64,000 bases of DNA from Candidatus Latescibacterota bacterium (GTDB lineage: Bacteria > Latescibacterota > UBA2968). The stretch is from NCBI GenBank assembly GCA_965205975.1, contig OZ242195.1, positions 2,208,001 to 2,272,000 of the forward strand, written 5' to 3'. The notes below the pieces were generated by a model that was not told the origin of the DNA, made no database searches, and saw only the letters and a list, made by a program, of their open reading frames with translations. This document shows, piece by piece, positions 10,300 through 19,958 of the stretch. Position 1 is the stretch's first letter. Each line of letters opens with the position of its first letter. A program made the position numbers and the translations under genes.

Positions 10300-13092
10300 A
10301 TGGCAAATACGCGAGAAGAAGTACTAAACACTGTTGTGGCTTCGATACTGTCCAAATATGATGACAGTATCGAGGCTGCCCCTGAACAGCGCGAAGGTCC
10401 AGAGGCGATTGATATTACGGTGCGTCATGAGAATGCCCGCAATACAGAGGTGGTTATTGAAGCCAAAATTGGAACGTCTGCGGGAAAGAGGAAAGAAGCC
10501 ACCAAACAAGTTCGCCAGCGTTTGGAGAGTCGGCCAAGTGCTATGGCATTTGCGGTGTGTTATCCCAATGATCTCAAGGGTCTTGCCTCTCTGTCACAAC
10601 TGGAGACAGGCATGGCAAATACGCAGCAGTTATGGTTTGCTCCTGTGACCCGCGTAGGCAAGACACCCACATGGCGTGAAGGCTCTGTGCAGGAATTTGC
10701 CAGCGTTTTATTTCAAAATGATCTTCCACAAAGTAATGTTGCGGATGCGATTGAGTATTCGGTTCGTCAGGCGGCAGACTTGATTTCTGATAGAACGCTC
10801 TTCAGCCCTACCCAGGCAGAAAAATTGCCCCCTTTGCTCGCCGAAGCATTGGCATTGCCTTCTAAGACGCCAAAAGATAAACGCGCTACGGTGTTGATTG
10901 CCGCATTGATGGTATCCAATGCGGCTTTGCTTCACCATCGGTTGCGTGTAGTAGATAACCTTTCGGACGTGCCAACTTTGCAAAATTGTATGGATCGCGG
11001 TGACGATACATTTTTGCGGGCATTGATAGATGCTTGGAAAGCCATATTAAAGATCGACTATCATCCTGTATTTGATCCTGCGGTATCGGTTTTGGAAACT
11101 TTCATGGCAGTTGACCACAATGCGCGTATAGGTGCTGTTCATGCTGTCCGTTTGCTGGTCCAATACGCCCTTGCACATGCGGATGATTTGGCCGCACTAC
11201 GCTTCGATCATGCGGGGCCACTGTATCATCGCCTGTTGGAATCGGCAAGGTATGATGGATCATTCTATACAAACAACGTTTCCGCATTGCTGTTAGCGCG
11301 ACTGGCCCTGACAAAAGATTTTACTGACTGGTCAGATGAGGAAGGTCTAGGAAAACTGAAAGTGATTGACCCGGCGTGTGGAACAGGCACGTTGCTGATG
11401 GCTGCGATGCACACCATCCGCGATAGGTATATCAATACTGCGGGTCAGGATGCCGATTTTTTGCACCTATTTATGGTAGAAGATGTGCTTCATGGCCTGG
11501 ACATCAATAGGCATGGCATACAGTTGGCGGCCTGCAACTTGACGCTGGGCAATCCGCGGGTGGATTATACCAAGATGAATTTGTTCACCATGCGTCATGG
11601 TCCTCATACCAATGGCAAAACGCACATTGGGTCGTTAGAATTGCTTGCAACAGCAGAGGATGATGGCACACCAAATCTCACACAGTTTATTTCGCCACTG
11701 CCGAGACTGGAAAACCTCGAAGCAGAACGCGCACAGCCTGGGGATGTCAATGGAGATTCTTACGTCGGTATATTTGATGTGGTGATCATGAACCCGCCAT
11801 TTACCCGCAATGATATACGCAATAGGCAATACACCGCACGTGATCGCAAGCGTATTCAAGATCAAGAAAAAGAGGTTGTTGATTTTGTTCGGCAACGCGA
11901 CCCGGAAGCCGGTGAAGCTATAGATCATACCAATGCGAGAGGCTTTTTTACACCATTGGCGGATATGTTATTAAAGAAAAAAACGGGTGTATTGGCTGAA
12001 GTTCTTCCGACAACGGCTTTGATTGGCGCATCAGGAAAGCGGGAGCGCATGTTTCTTGCGAATCGTTTTCAGATTGAGACCATTATCACCAGCCATGACC
12101 CATCGCGTGTGAATTTCTCTGAGAATACAGCGATCCATGAATCTCTGTTTATTGCGCGTCGATCTGATGCGGAGAAAAAACCTACCCGATTTATTTCTTT
12201 GGGACGCATGCCAGGAGATGCTCATGAGGCGATGTTGCTATCAGATATGATCAATCAAGGCAAAATTTCTACCGAGTGGGGCAGGGAGCACGAATGGCGA
12301 TGGGAGCGAATGCGAGAGGGTGATTGGCAAGCCGCGTTGTTTTACGATGGGGAACTGGCTGAAGCGTATTACGATCTTGCCGCGCTCAATGGCACGCGAT
12401 TACAAATTGCTGGCAACGCATGTGCCATAGAACCGGAGGGACGACGTGTGCGAGACGCTTTTTCTCGTAACTCAAATTTAGATACCCCCTGGAAAACACC
12501 GGTTCTGTGGGATCATCAGACAGATGTCCGTACGACGATGGCTGCAAAGCCTGATGTGGTAGCAACACCCAAGCGAGGTAGAGAGAAGTATGCACAGAGT
12601 TTGGTGAAGAAAGCCAGCCGATTGGTTATCTCAGGACGTCTTTATACATACGCCGTGCGAACAGCAGCATGTTATACAGAGGAGCCAGTGCTTGGCTCTG
12701 CCTGGGTGCCTGTCACCTCACTATCAAAAACACCTCACTTTGATCAGGCGCTGTGTGCATGGTGGAACTCGACGCCTGGGATACTGACGATGCTTCATGC
12801 CAGGTCCAAAAAGTTGACATATCCAGCATATTCTTTGGACCTACTACGCAAATTGCTCATCCCCAATCCGCGCAATGTCAATGTCTCCCCGCTCATTGAT
12901 GTTTTCGCTAAAACTCACCAGCAAGTACTCAAGCCTTGGAAAGAGATGGACACCTGCCCTGTACGCGCCCTTATCGACGAAGCAGCAGCACAGGTTCTTC
13001 ACATGGATGGGACAAAGATTGCGGACTGGCGCAAGCGAATCACGCTTGAACCTACCGTCTCTAACCGTCCGGCAGTGGAGCATTTTGGCTGA
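10300..13092 (+). CDS. type IIG-like fused restriction endonuclease/N6-adenine DNA methyltransferase
   Basis: N-terminal ID...VVIEAK (PD-(D/E)xK-like), GSFYT, motif I DPACGTGT, motif IV NPPF, long C-terminal putative TRD. Confidence 0.8.
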   Translation: MANTREEVLNTVVASILSKYDDSIEAAPEQREGPEAIDITVRHENARNTEVVIEAKIGTSAGKRKEATKQVRQRLESRPSAMAFAVCYPNDLKGLASLSQLETGMANTQQLWFAPVTRVGKTPTWREGSVQEFASVLFQNDLPQSNVADAIEYSVRQAADLISDRTLFSPTQAEKLPPLLAEALALPSKTPKDKRATVLIAALMVSNAALLHHRLRVVDNLSDVPTLQNCMDRGDDTFLRALIDAWKAILKIDYHPVFDPAVSVLETFMAVDHNARIGAVHAVRLLVQYALAHADDLAALRFDHAGPLYHRLLESARYDGSFYTNNVSALLLARLALTKDFTDWSDEEGLGKLKVIDPACGTGTLLMAAMHTIRDRYINTAGQDADFLHLFMVEDVLHGLDINRHGIQLAACNLTLGNPRVDYTKMNLFTMRHGPHTNGKTHIGSLELLATAEDDGTPNLTQFISPLPRLENLEAERAQPGDVNGDSYVGIFDVVIMNPPFTRNDIRNRQYTARDRKRIQDQEKEVVDFVRQRDPEAGEAIDHTNARGFFTPLADMLLKKKTGVLAEVLPTTALIGASGKRERMFLANRFQIETIITSHDPSRVNFSENTAIHESLFIARRSDAEKKPTRFISLGRMPGDAHEAMLLSDMINQGKISTEWGREHEWRWERMREGDWQAALFYDGELAEAYYDLAALNGTRLQIAGNACAIEPEGRRVRDAFSRNSNLDTPWKTPVLWDHQTDVRTTMAAKPDVVATPKRGREKYAQSLVKKASRLVISGRLYTYAVRTAACYTEEPVLGSAWVPVTSLSKTPHFDQALCAWWNSTPGILTMLHARSKKLTYPAYSLDLLRKLLIPNPRNVNVSPLIDVFAKTHQQVLKPWKEMDTCPVRALIDEAAAQVLHMDGTKIADWRKRITLEPTVSNRPAVEHFG

Positions 13093-13251
13093 ATAGAAAG
13101 GCGTTGAATTCGGGCTTGAGTAGGATGTTGCTTTGGATAAATTTCAATGGGGTCGCTCTGCAGAGAGCGACCCCATTTCAAATCAAGTTACTCGGGCTTA
13201 CTTACTATAGGGAGAAGAAAAAGTCGTTCTGATCCCACAAAATTGAGAAGA

Positions 13252-13629
13252 TCAACCCGTGCCTGTATTGGCGAGCTCTTCTGGACTCTTACTCGTCCAT
13301 TCACGAGCATGGAGAAGAACCGGCGCACGATCTTCCTCCGACCAAATGGGCATAGAAAGTCCCCAGTATAAAAAATGGATCCTATGCCCATTTTCTTCTA
13401 TCTCGTTTTCGCGACCATCTTTTGTGTAAACCACTACGATGTCACCCGTTTTTACTCTTTTATCGGGAAACCAATAGGTGTTGTACGTATGCGTGGTTAA
13501 GCCGCTGTCATCGTAAACCGTTTGGAGCAATATATATTCACCAATATCTGTATTGGCACGCACATTAAGGATCAGGCGTTCCTTTTTCAGATCCCCCTTA
13601 TTTTCTACGGAAAGAATAGCCAGTCTCAT
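13252..13629 (-). CDS. hypothetical protein, lamin-tail-domain-like
   Basis: ERLIL...YWFP...VK.GDIVVVYT..G...LYWG...IW....APVL resembles the LTD beta-sandwich pattern (by eye). Confidence 0.55.
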   Translation of the reverse strand: MRLAILSVENKGDLKKERLILNVRANTDIGEYILLQTVYDDSGLTTHTYNTYWFPDKRVKTGDIVVVYTKDGRENEIEENGHRIHFLYWGLSMPIWSEEDRAPVLLHAREWTSKSPEELANTGTG

Positions 13630-13633
13630 GACT

Positions 13634-14059
13634 TCACCACCTTCTCACTTTAGCGGCAATACCACCGAGAATCAATATTATTCCTAATGCCAAGATGATC
13701 CCATTGTCTGGTTGTGCAGGCGCGTACCCGACAGCGGCAGCTCCGATGGTAAGGCAGGCTATTGAGATGACTTCAAAAGCGATGTTCGTTTTGATCTTCT
13801 CTTCGAGAACGGCAACCTTTTTATTTTCTACATGGAATTGATTCCGATATTTATTGAGTTCATGGTTCTCAATATCAAGCCGCTCTATCTCGTCAAGCAA
13901 GAACTTCTGCACCACCGGACTTGCAAAATCCTCATCAGACAGTTCCCGCGTAATCCCTTGAAGTGCCTGACGATGACGCTCTTTCTGTTGTCTTTGGTGT
14001 CTCTGGCGAGAGCCTTCTCCAGGATCTTCAGGCACCAGGTTGTTTACTTCTTCTGCCAT
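13634..14059 (-). CDS. hypothetical coiled-coil protein with two C-terminal transmembrane helices
   Basis: Charged helical N-terminus; hydrophobic VISIACLTIGAAAVG and GIILALGIILILGGIAA; 4 nt from the next gene. Confidence 0.7.
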   Translation of the reverse strand: MAEEVNNLVPEDPGEGSRQRHQRQQKERHRQALQGITRELSDEDFASPVVQKFLLDEIERLDIENHELNKYRNQFHVENKKVAVLEEKIKTNIAFEVISIACLTIGAAAVGYAPAQPDNGIILALGIILILGGIAAKVRRW

Positions 14060-14569
14060 AAGTATTCACTAACGCATTGTAAGCCCTAATAGCCTACTTG
14101 CACGTATATTCTCTCTGATTCTGGTCGCCATCGCATAAGAACAATTTAGGCACTTGCCCTGTAATGTCAAATAATAAAAAGCAAAAAGGTTGGCTTTTCT
14201 ATGACAGCTTTGTAATAAAAAAAATACTTTGCTTTTTTTTATTTGCATTTTTGTTCAATCTCTGTATCCATGTCTAAGGATTCACTTTGAATCTCGACGA
14301 AATATTTTAAGTGCTCGTAGCCTTGACAACATCAAAAATTTTGGCTATTTCATAGTGAGTTTTCTAATATCGCTCGACTTCGAGATGGTCCAACCATATA
14401 GAATTATTGTTTCACAGCCCTATAGCCATCGCCCATGATCTAGATGCGATTATTTCCTGGAACTTCAGACATATGGTGAATCCTTTGCGTCGGCGTCAAA
14501 TCCAGTCCGCCTGTCTGATGTTGGGGCATCGTCCAATCGATATTATTTCGCCTCCGGAGGTGATAACAA

Positions 14570-14749
14570 ATGGAGCCTGAAAACAAACCTCTAAGTCCCG
14601 AATGGTTGCGGCGTCTGAGAGATACCAATTCCGAAAAAGGTCCCAAAGAAGCTCAGGATCGTCGAGAAGCTGCACTGCAACTTGCCAAACGTTTCGGTTT
14701 AAAAATATCCAAATCAGACACTTGCCAAAAAAGGCAGGGAGCGTTTTAG
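14570..14749 (+). CDS. small hypothetical protein (59 aa)
   Basis: Below the ORF-track cutoff. Strong GGAGGTG RBS just before the ATG; MEPENKPLSPEWLRRLRDTNSEKGPKEAQDRREAALQLAKRFGLKISKSDTCQKRQGAF. Confidence 0.45.
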   Translation: MEPENKPLSPEWLRRLRDTNSEKGPKEAQDRREAALQLAKRFGLKISKSDTCQKRQGAF

Positions 14750-14800
14750 GGCTTTGCTACACCCTCAAAAATTCGCATCCTCTTTAAGTACCTGACAGCC

Positions 14801-14852
14801 TTGACAATACCTGAATTTTCGGCTATTTTGCAGTGTAATTGCAAAATAGCCG
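14801..14852 (+). promoter_or_regulatory. sigma70-like promoter overlapped by a perfect 13-bp inverted repeat (putative operator)
   Basis: TTGACA (14801)-N17-TATTTT (14824); CGGCTATTTTGCA-N7-TGCAAAATAGCCG at 14820-14852. Confidence 0.65.
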
Positions 14853-14871
14853 TTTTTTTGGGTATCTCAAA

Positions 14872-16083
14872 ATGTACATTTCCCGCACACTTGAACCCTT
14901 TGTCGCATCTTCCCGATTTCCCGTCCTCATGCTCTCTGGAGCCAGACAGGTTGGCAAGACGACATTTCTACGACACTTAAGCGAACCGGACCGAACATAC
15001 ATCACCCTGGACGATCCGCTTGTCCAGAGCCTGGCAAAAGAAGACCCTGCCCTGTTCATGCAGCGTTACCCGCCGCCCGTGCTTATCGACGAAATCCAAT
15101 ACGCGCCAGAGTTATTGCCCCATATCAAAATCGCCGTGGATCGCGACCGCTCTCCCGGTCAGTTCTGGCTTACGGGATCGCAGCAATTTCATCTGATGAA
15201 AGGCGTATCCGAATCCCTAACTGGTCGGGTGGGCATCGTGCAGCTTTTTGGTCTTTCGCGACGCGAGCGAATCGGGAGCGACTCATCTCCATTCTTGCCT
15301 GTCTCCGACATTATTCACAACAGACTCCAGACCGGAGATCCCCTCGGCCTGAAAGAACTCTACAGGCTGATATGGCGCGGCGACTTTCCAGCCATTGCTC
15401 TGGACGACCAGATGGATTGGAACCTGTTTTACAGTTCATACTTGCAAACCTACCTCCAGCGCGATATTCGGGACCTCGCCCGGGTGGGCGATGAGCTATC
15501 CTTTCTCAGGTTTCTCAGAGCTACCGCTGCCCGAACCGCACAAATGTTAAATTTTTCGGACCTGGCGCGCGATGCGGATGTTGCGCCAAACACGGCAAAA
15601 ACATGGCTATCCATTTTACAGGCCTCCGGAATCATCTATCTTCTGGAACCCTATTATACCAACCTTACCAAACGACTGGTGAGAAGCCCCAAACTCTATT
15701 TTTTCGACACCGGACTATGTGCCTACCTCACCGAATGGACCAGCCCTGAAACACTGGAAGCTGGCGCAATGTCCGGCCCCATTTTGGAATCCTGGATCGT
15801 GAGTGAACTGTTGAAAAGCTACCGGCACAACGGTCACATGCCCCCGTTCTATTATTACCGGGATCGAGACGGAAAAGAAATTGATCTCCTCATCGTGCGG
15901 GATGGAACAATTTATCCGCTGGAAATCAAAAAAACCGCTTCCCCCAACAAAAACCACGTCCAGAATTTCCGCGTACTAAAAAAATTAAACCTGCCCATTG
16001 GACCGGGCGCCGTAATCTGCTTATCAGAACAACTTTTACCACTCACAGAAACTGCCATGTCGATTCCCGTATCTGCACTTTGA
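14872..16083 (+). CDS. AAA_14 + DUF4143 ATP-binding protein
   Basis: GARQVGKTT, IDEIQYAP, LTGSQ, ESLTGR, KLYFFDTGL, C-terminal EIDL...PLEIK. Confidence 0.9.
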   Translation: MYISRTLEPFVASSRFPVLMLSGARQVGKTTFLRHLSEPDRTYITLDDPLVQSLAKEDPALFMQRYPPPVLIDEIQYAPELLPHIKIAVDRDRSPGQFWLTGSQQFHLMKGVSESLTGRVGIVQLFGLSRRERIGSDSSPFLPVSDIIHNRLQTGDPLGLKELYRLIWRGDFPAIALDDQMDWNLFYSSYLQTYLQRDIRDLARVGDELSFLRFLRATAARTAQMLNFSDLARDADVAPNTAKTWLSILQASGIIYLLEPYYTNLTKRLVRSPKLYFFDTGLCAYLTEWTSPETLEAGAMSGPILESWIVSELLKSYRHNGHMPPFYYYRDRDGKEIDLLIVRDGTIYPLEIKKTASPNKNHVQNFRVLKKLNLPIGPGAVICLSEQLLPLTETAMSIPVSAL

Positions 16084-16093
16084 CGGACAGGCT

Positions 16094-16120
16094 GGGCAGG
16101 CACAGGGGCACTGCCTCTAC
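16094..16120 (-). repeat. GTAG-type REP-like element
   Basis: Reverse complement GTAGAGGCAGTGCCCCTGTGCCTGCCC, similar to the 44123 copy. Confidence 0.6.
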
Positions 16121-16132
16121 AAAGGCCATCTT

Positions 16133-17092
16133 ATGATACCCGATCTCTTACCCTTAAAACCCTACCTCCGCGAAACCGTCTGGGGGGGACGCAGCCTGGG
16201 GACACACTACAACAAAGCACTTCCCCCGGATGTGCCCATTGGCGAATCGTGGGAAGTCTCGGCATACAAAGGGATGGAAAGCATCGTTGCGGACGGTCCA
16301 CTTGCCGGACAAAATCTCGCCGACCTCGTCGCAATTTATGGCGCAGACCTCCTCGGACAGCGCGTTATCCAGCGTTACGGCACCGAGTTCCCATTGCTCA
16401 TCAAGCTCCTCGACGCGCGCGACGACCTCTCCATTCAGGTACACCCCGACGACACCTACACCCGCGTAGAAAACCTGGGCACGTATGGAAAAACAGAAGC
16501 GTGGTACGTACTCAAATCAAATCAGGGACGCGTGGCGTGTGGCTTGAAAGACGGCGTTGACAAACACAGCTTGAAATTATCCATCCGCGAAAATCGCGTA
16601 CAGGACACCGTGCAATTCTTCGATGTACAGGAAGGCGATGTCATCTTCGTACCGCCCGGCACAGTACACGCCCTGTGCCAGAACGTCATGATCTACGAAG
16701 TACAACAATCCAGCGACCTCACCTTTCGCATCTACGACTACAACCGCCCCGGCACCGACGGCAAGCCGCGCGAACTGCACATTGACCGCGCCCTCGACGT
16801 CATCGCCTTTGACGCATCCGCACCAGAACCTCGGCACTCACGCCACGAGGCAAACGCCACACTCATCGGAGATGAAGACACCGAATACTTCCGCCTCGAA
16901 CGCTTTGCCCCTGTAGGCACCATCCAACACACCTACCCCACATTCGCAGCGCTCACCATCCTCAACGGTCAGGCACGACTAAACAAAACCTTCACCGCTC
17001 AAACAGGCGACACCTTCTTCATCCCGGCCAATCGCACCGTCACCGTCTCGCCTGAAGAACAGGTGGAATATTTGATCTCATCATGTGGGTAG
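16133..17092 (+). CDS. manA: mannose-6-phosphate isomerase, class I
   Basis: VWGG, GESW, FPLLIK.LDA..DLSIQVHPDD, GKTEAWY, PGTVHA, EVQQSSD.TFR.YDY.R. Confidence 0.88.
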   Translation: MIPDLLPLKPYLRETVWGGRSLGTHYNKALPPDVPIGESWEVSAYKGMESIVADGPLAGQNLADLVAIYGADLLGQRVIQRYGTEFPLLIKLLDARDDLSIQVHPDDTYTRVENLGTYGKTEAWYVLKSNQGRVACGLKDGVDKHSLKLSIRENRVQDTVQFFDVQEGDVIFVPPGTVHALCQNVMIYEVQQSSDLTFRIYDYNRPGTDGKPRELHIDRALDVIAFDASAPEPRHSRHEANATLIGDEDTEYFRLERFAPVGTIQHTYPTFAALTILNGQARLNKTFTAQTGDTFFIPANRTVTVSPEEQVEYLISSCG

Positions 17093-17178
17093 AAAAACGA
17101 GTCGGCGATGGAGTTTGGAACAACGTTGGGAGATTGGGCGGGGTTCGTCTATTCGTTGATTCGTATATTCGTCGATTC

Positions 17179-17445
17179 TTAAACCTGAGCTTCACCGTAA
17201 AGATCAATGCGGGCGCGGAGGGAGGGTTTGATGAAAACATCATCGAGGGGCAATTGAGAAAAAGCGTGTGCGAGAATATCGACCTGCGTGGGCACATCGA
17301 GGCGGTAATCGAGAATCAGGCGCTGTTCGCCGCGCACCACACACAGGCCACCTGTACCACCCATGAGATCTTCGCGGAATAAGGGAATATTCAGGCGATG
17401 AGCAAGGGCTTCAAATTCTTGGAGAAGTTGGGAATCTGTCATCAT
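17179..17445 (-). CDS. small conserved-looking hypothetical protein
   Basis: 88 aa, GGLC.V.GE..LILD and DDVFIKPSLR; fills the gap between convergent genes. Confidence 0.6.
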   Translation of the reverse strand: MMTDSQLLQEFEALAHRLNIPLFREDLMGGTGGLCVVRGEQRLILDYRLDVPTQVDILAHAFSQLPLDDVFIKPSLRARIDLYGEAQV

Positions 17446-17548
17446 GTAAAAATTGGGAAAGAAACTGGAGGAAAGTCACATCTGATATTTGCAAATATAG
17501 CGAAAAAAAAGAAATGCACAACTGGATCGGCGAAGGTCGGTCCAGTTT

Positions 17549-19168
17549 TTATGCAATAATATGTTCTTTGATATATTCTTTCAGGGCAGATAACGTATTT
17601 GCATCCCCCGGCAAGAGCGGAAGGCCGCCAATGCCATGGGAAAGACTGGTATAAAAAGCGTGGGTCTGATACGCGGAATCCACCTGAGCGGGAAACAGAA
17701 CAACAGCACTTTTGAGAATGCGTTGAAAATCTGTATCTATTACCTGGCCGATAGCGTCCCGATAAGCGTGCATCTTATCAATATCCTCGCGCATGGGAAT
17801 CCACGTCCCATTGTAATCTTCGCGGCGATATTTGGCGTCAAATGCATAAATAGCGCGTTCCCTACTGGATTTAGACATTCCAGCACATGCATTCGAGTTG
17901 TTGATCTCGATAATCATATCGGGTCTCAGATCGTGGGTGAGCGCGCGTCCCGACGAAGTAGTATAGGTCATATTGTAGAGACAACGGATGCGGCACTCGC
18001 CGCGCTGAAGATATATCGCAGAGGCTTCGCCCTGCGTGGGAGAAACGCTCAAACCTCGGTTGGTCAGGTGAAAAAGGTTATGGTCGCGGGTCGGAACAAA
18101 GCCGACATCACACAAAGTGTGAACGAGCGTAAAATAGACCCAGTATTCGTAAAGAGCGTGTGTATCGCGAAAGGACAGATCAAATGGGCCACCCGTACAG
18201 GGCGCGAGCGCGCGATTGAGATCTCGGATAAGCGCGAAAGCTGTCTGGTAACGCACATCGACATGAACGGGCAAAGCGTCATCGCGTCGCGCAGGTGGCA
18301 AAGGGAGCAAACGCAAGCAGCGATCCACGTATATTTTCAGGCGATGTCCCAGATCGGTATGTGCAATAGATCTCGCGCGCAGTGACAGACGCTTTAAGCG
18401 TGCAACGAGATGGCGATTGAGCGATGTATCAATACCGGAATGGCGATGGGTCTCGCGCAAATGCGTACAGACGACATCGTCCGCTATAGGCAAGTGTGGG
18501 AGATCGGTTCCGCTATGCGTCCAGAATTGTGGCGAGCGAATCATATCGACAATCGCATCGGGGTCGCGGCCCTGTGCGCGATCAACCGCGCGGATGCTTT
18601 GAACGGTTTTGAGACGGCGATGCGGGCGTTTGAGAATCGCCTGTAAAGTGCGGAAGAGTTGATTCAGAAGACGATCCAGCACTTGATGAAAATCTAAATT
18701 GCTACCCCTATCATCTATCAGACGAGTCGTAATACGGGTTTGATCGGGCAAAAGGTAAACGAGTTCACGGCTGATGCGCTCGAGATCGGCGCGCATGATT
18801 TGATAATCGGTTTCGTAGTCGAGATGCGAGGGGCGCACATCGAGTTCGACATAGAGCAGATCGGCATCTTCTGAGCGAATGCAAAAACGGATATGTCCCG
18901 GATGATCGCCCGTAGCGAGCCGTCCCCACAGCGCGTACCCATCGCGGAGAAAACCGAGAGCCTCAGCGGGTTGATCGTCGATATAGACCGAAATATCTTT
19001 CTCATTGAGCGGACGAATGAGGCAGTTGCATTCGGTAGCTTCAACCAGATGGTCAGCAATTACATTACCCTGCACCGGAGAGAGCAAAATGCGGGCGTGT
19101 TCATTTTCTGCAACAAGACCATCGGATGTTTTCGAAAAGGAAGCGCGGATGTGTTGACCTGAGTCCAT
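17549..19168 (-). CDS. DUF2357 + PD-(D/E)xK nuclease (McrC-like restriction component)
   Basis: LYEYWVYF, LRPDMII, FDAKYR, EDIDKMHAYRDAI, IGGLPLLPG. Confidence 0.8.
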   Translation of the reverse strand: MDSGQHIRASFSKTSDGLVAENEHARILLSPVQGNVIADHLVEATECNCLIRPLNEKDISVYIDDQPAEALGFLRDGYALWGRLATGDHPGHIRFCIRSEDADLLYVELDVRPSHLDYETDYQIMRADLERISRELVYLLPDQTRITTRLIDDRGSNLDFHQVLDRLLNQLFRTLQAILKRPHRRLKTVQSIRAVDRAQGRDPDAIVDMIRSPQFWTHSGTDLPHLPIADDVVCTHLRETHRHSGIDTSLNRHLVARLKRLSLRARSIAHTDLGHRLKIYVDRCLRLLPLPPARRDDALPVHVDVRYQTAFALIRDLNRALAPCTGGPFDLSFRDTHALYEYWVYFTLVHTLCDVGFVPTRDHNLFHLTNRGLSVSPTQGEASAIYLQRGECRIRCLYNMTYTTSSGRALTHDLRPDMIIEINNSNACAGMSKSSRERAIYAFDAKYRREDYNGTWIPMREDIDKMHAYRDAIGQVIDTDFQRILKSAVVLFPAQVDSAYQTHAFYTSLSHGIGGLPLLPGDANTLSALKEYIKEHIIA

Positions 19169-19221
19169 TGTTCACGTAGATTTCAAAAGGGTTTATTTTT
19201 AACCATTTCAAGGAGGGTGTC

Positions 19222-19521
19222 ATGGCTGTTGATATTACTATAAAAAATATGCCGTCTAATCTCTACAAAAAATTGAAGGCACGCGCCACTGCACACCGTC
19301 GCAGTGTGAATAGCGAGGCAATCAATTGCTTAGAGAAAGTCTTGAATCCTCAGCACGCAGATCAGAATTTACAGGATCCTCCTGATAATCTCGATAATCC
19401 TGATCAAACGGAAGAATTGCTGGCCAAGATCAAGGACCTGCACAAGCGCGTTTCCCCTATTCCCCCTCATTTTTCGACGGATGAATTTTTGAGAAAAGCA
19501 AAAGAAGAAGGTCGTCCATGA
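19222..19521 (+). CDS. Arc/FitA-like ribbon-helix-helix antitoxin
   Basis: ITIKNMP..LY.KLK.RA..HRRS.NSE; ends AKEEGRP overlapping the PIN gene. Confidence 0.85.
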   Translation: MAVDITIKNMPSNLYKKLKARATAHRRSVNSEAINCLEKVLNPQHADQNLQDPPDNLDNPDQTEELLAKIKDLHKRVSPIPPHFSTDEFLRKAKEEGRP

Positions 19522-19958
19522 TTGTTGCAGACACGAATCTTATTGCGTATCTCACCATTCCAGGGGATAGGACAACACTTGCAAAACAAATTTTACAAAA
19601 AGATGCAACTTGGGTTGCCCCGCGGATGTGGCAGAGTGAGTTCCAAAATGTGATTGCGATATATCTTAACCAAGGGTTATATACGCTGGATGAAGGACTT
19701 GAATTTATTCAGACAGCTAAAAATTTAATGCGACACGGTGATTATCAAGTTGCATCTGAGCAAGTTATTCGCCTTGCCCATCGTTCAAAATGCTCCGCCT
19801 ATGACTGCGAATTTGTTGCTTTGGCTCAAGATTTAGGCGTGCCTTTGGTTACATCAGATCGAAAAGTCTTAACGGCTTTTCCCGAGATAGCGGTTTCACT
19901 TGAAGATTTTTTGGTTGATGAAGAAAATAAAAATGAAGAGGAAGAGGAGGAGTTGTGA
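19518..19958 (+). CDS. vapC: VapC family PIN-domain toxin
   Basis: IVADTN, SE, SAYDCEFVALA..LGVPLVTSD. Confidence 0.9.
   Translation: MIVADTNLIAYLTIPGDRTTLAKQILQKDATWVAPRMWQSEFQNVIAIYLNQGLYTLDEGLEFIQTAKNLMRHGDYQVASEQVIRLAHRSKCSAYDCEFVALAQDLGVPLVTSDRKVLTAFPEIAVSLEDFLVDEENKNEEEEEEL

Noticed and set aside
17143..17178. ATTCGTNN octamer run between convergent genes
   Set aside because: Real but short low-complexity repeat; no function can be supported.
17636..18385. 249-aa plus-strand ORF
   Set aside because: Antisense to the DUF2357 nuclease; no motifs.
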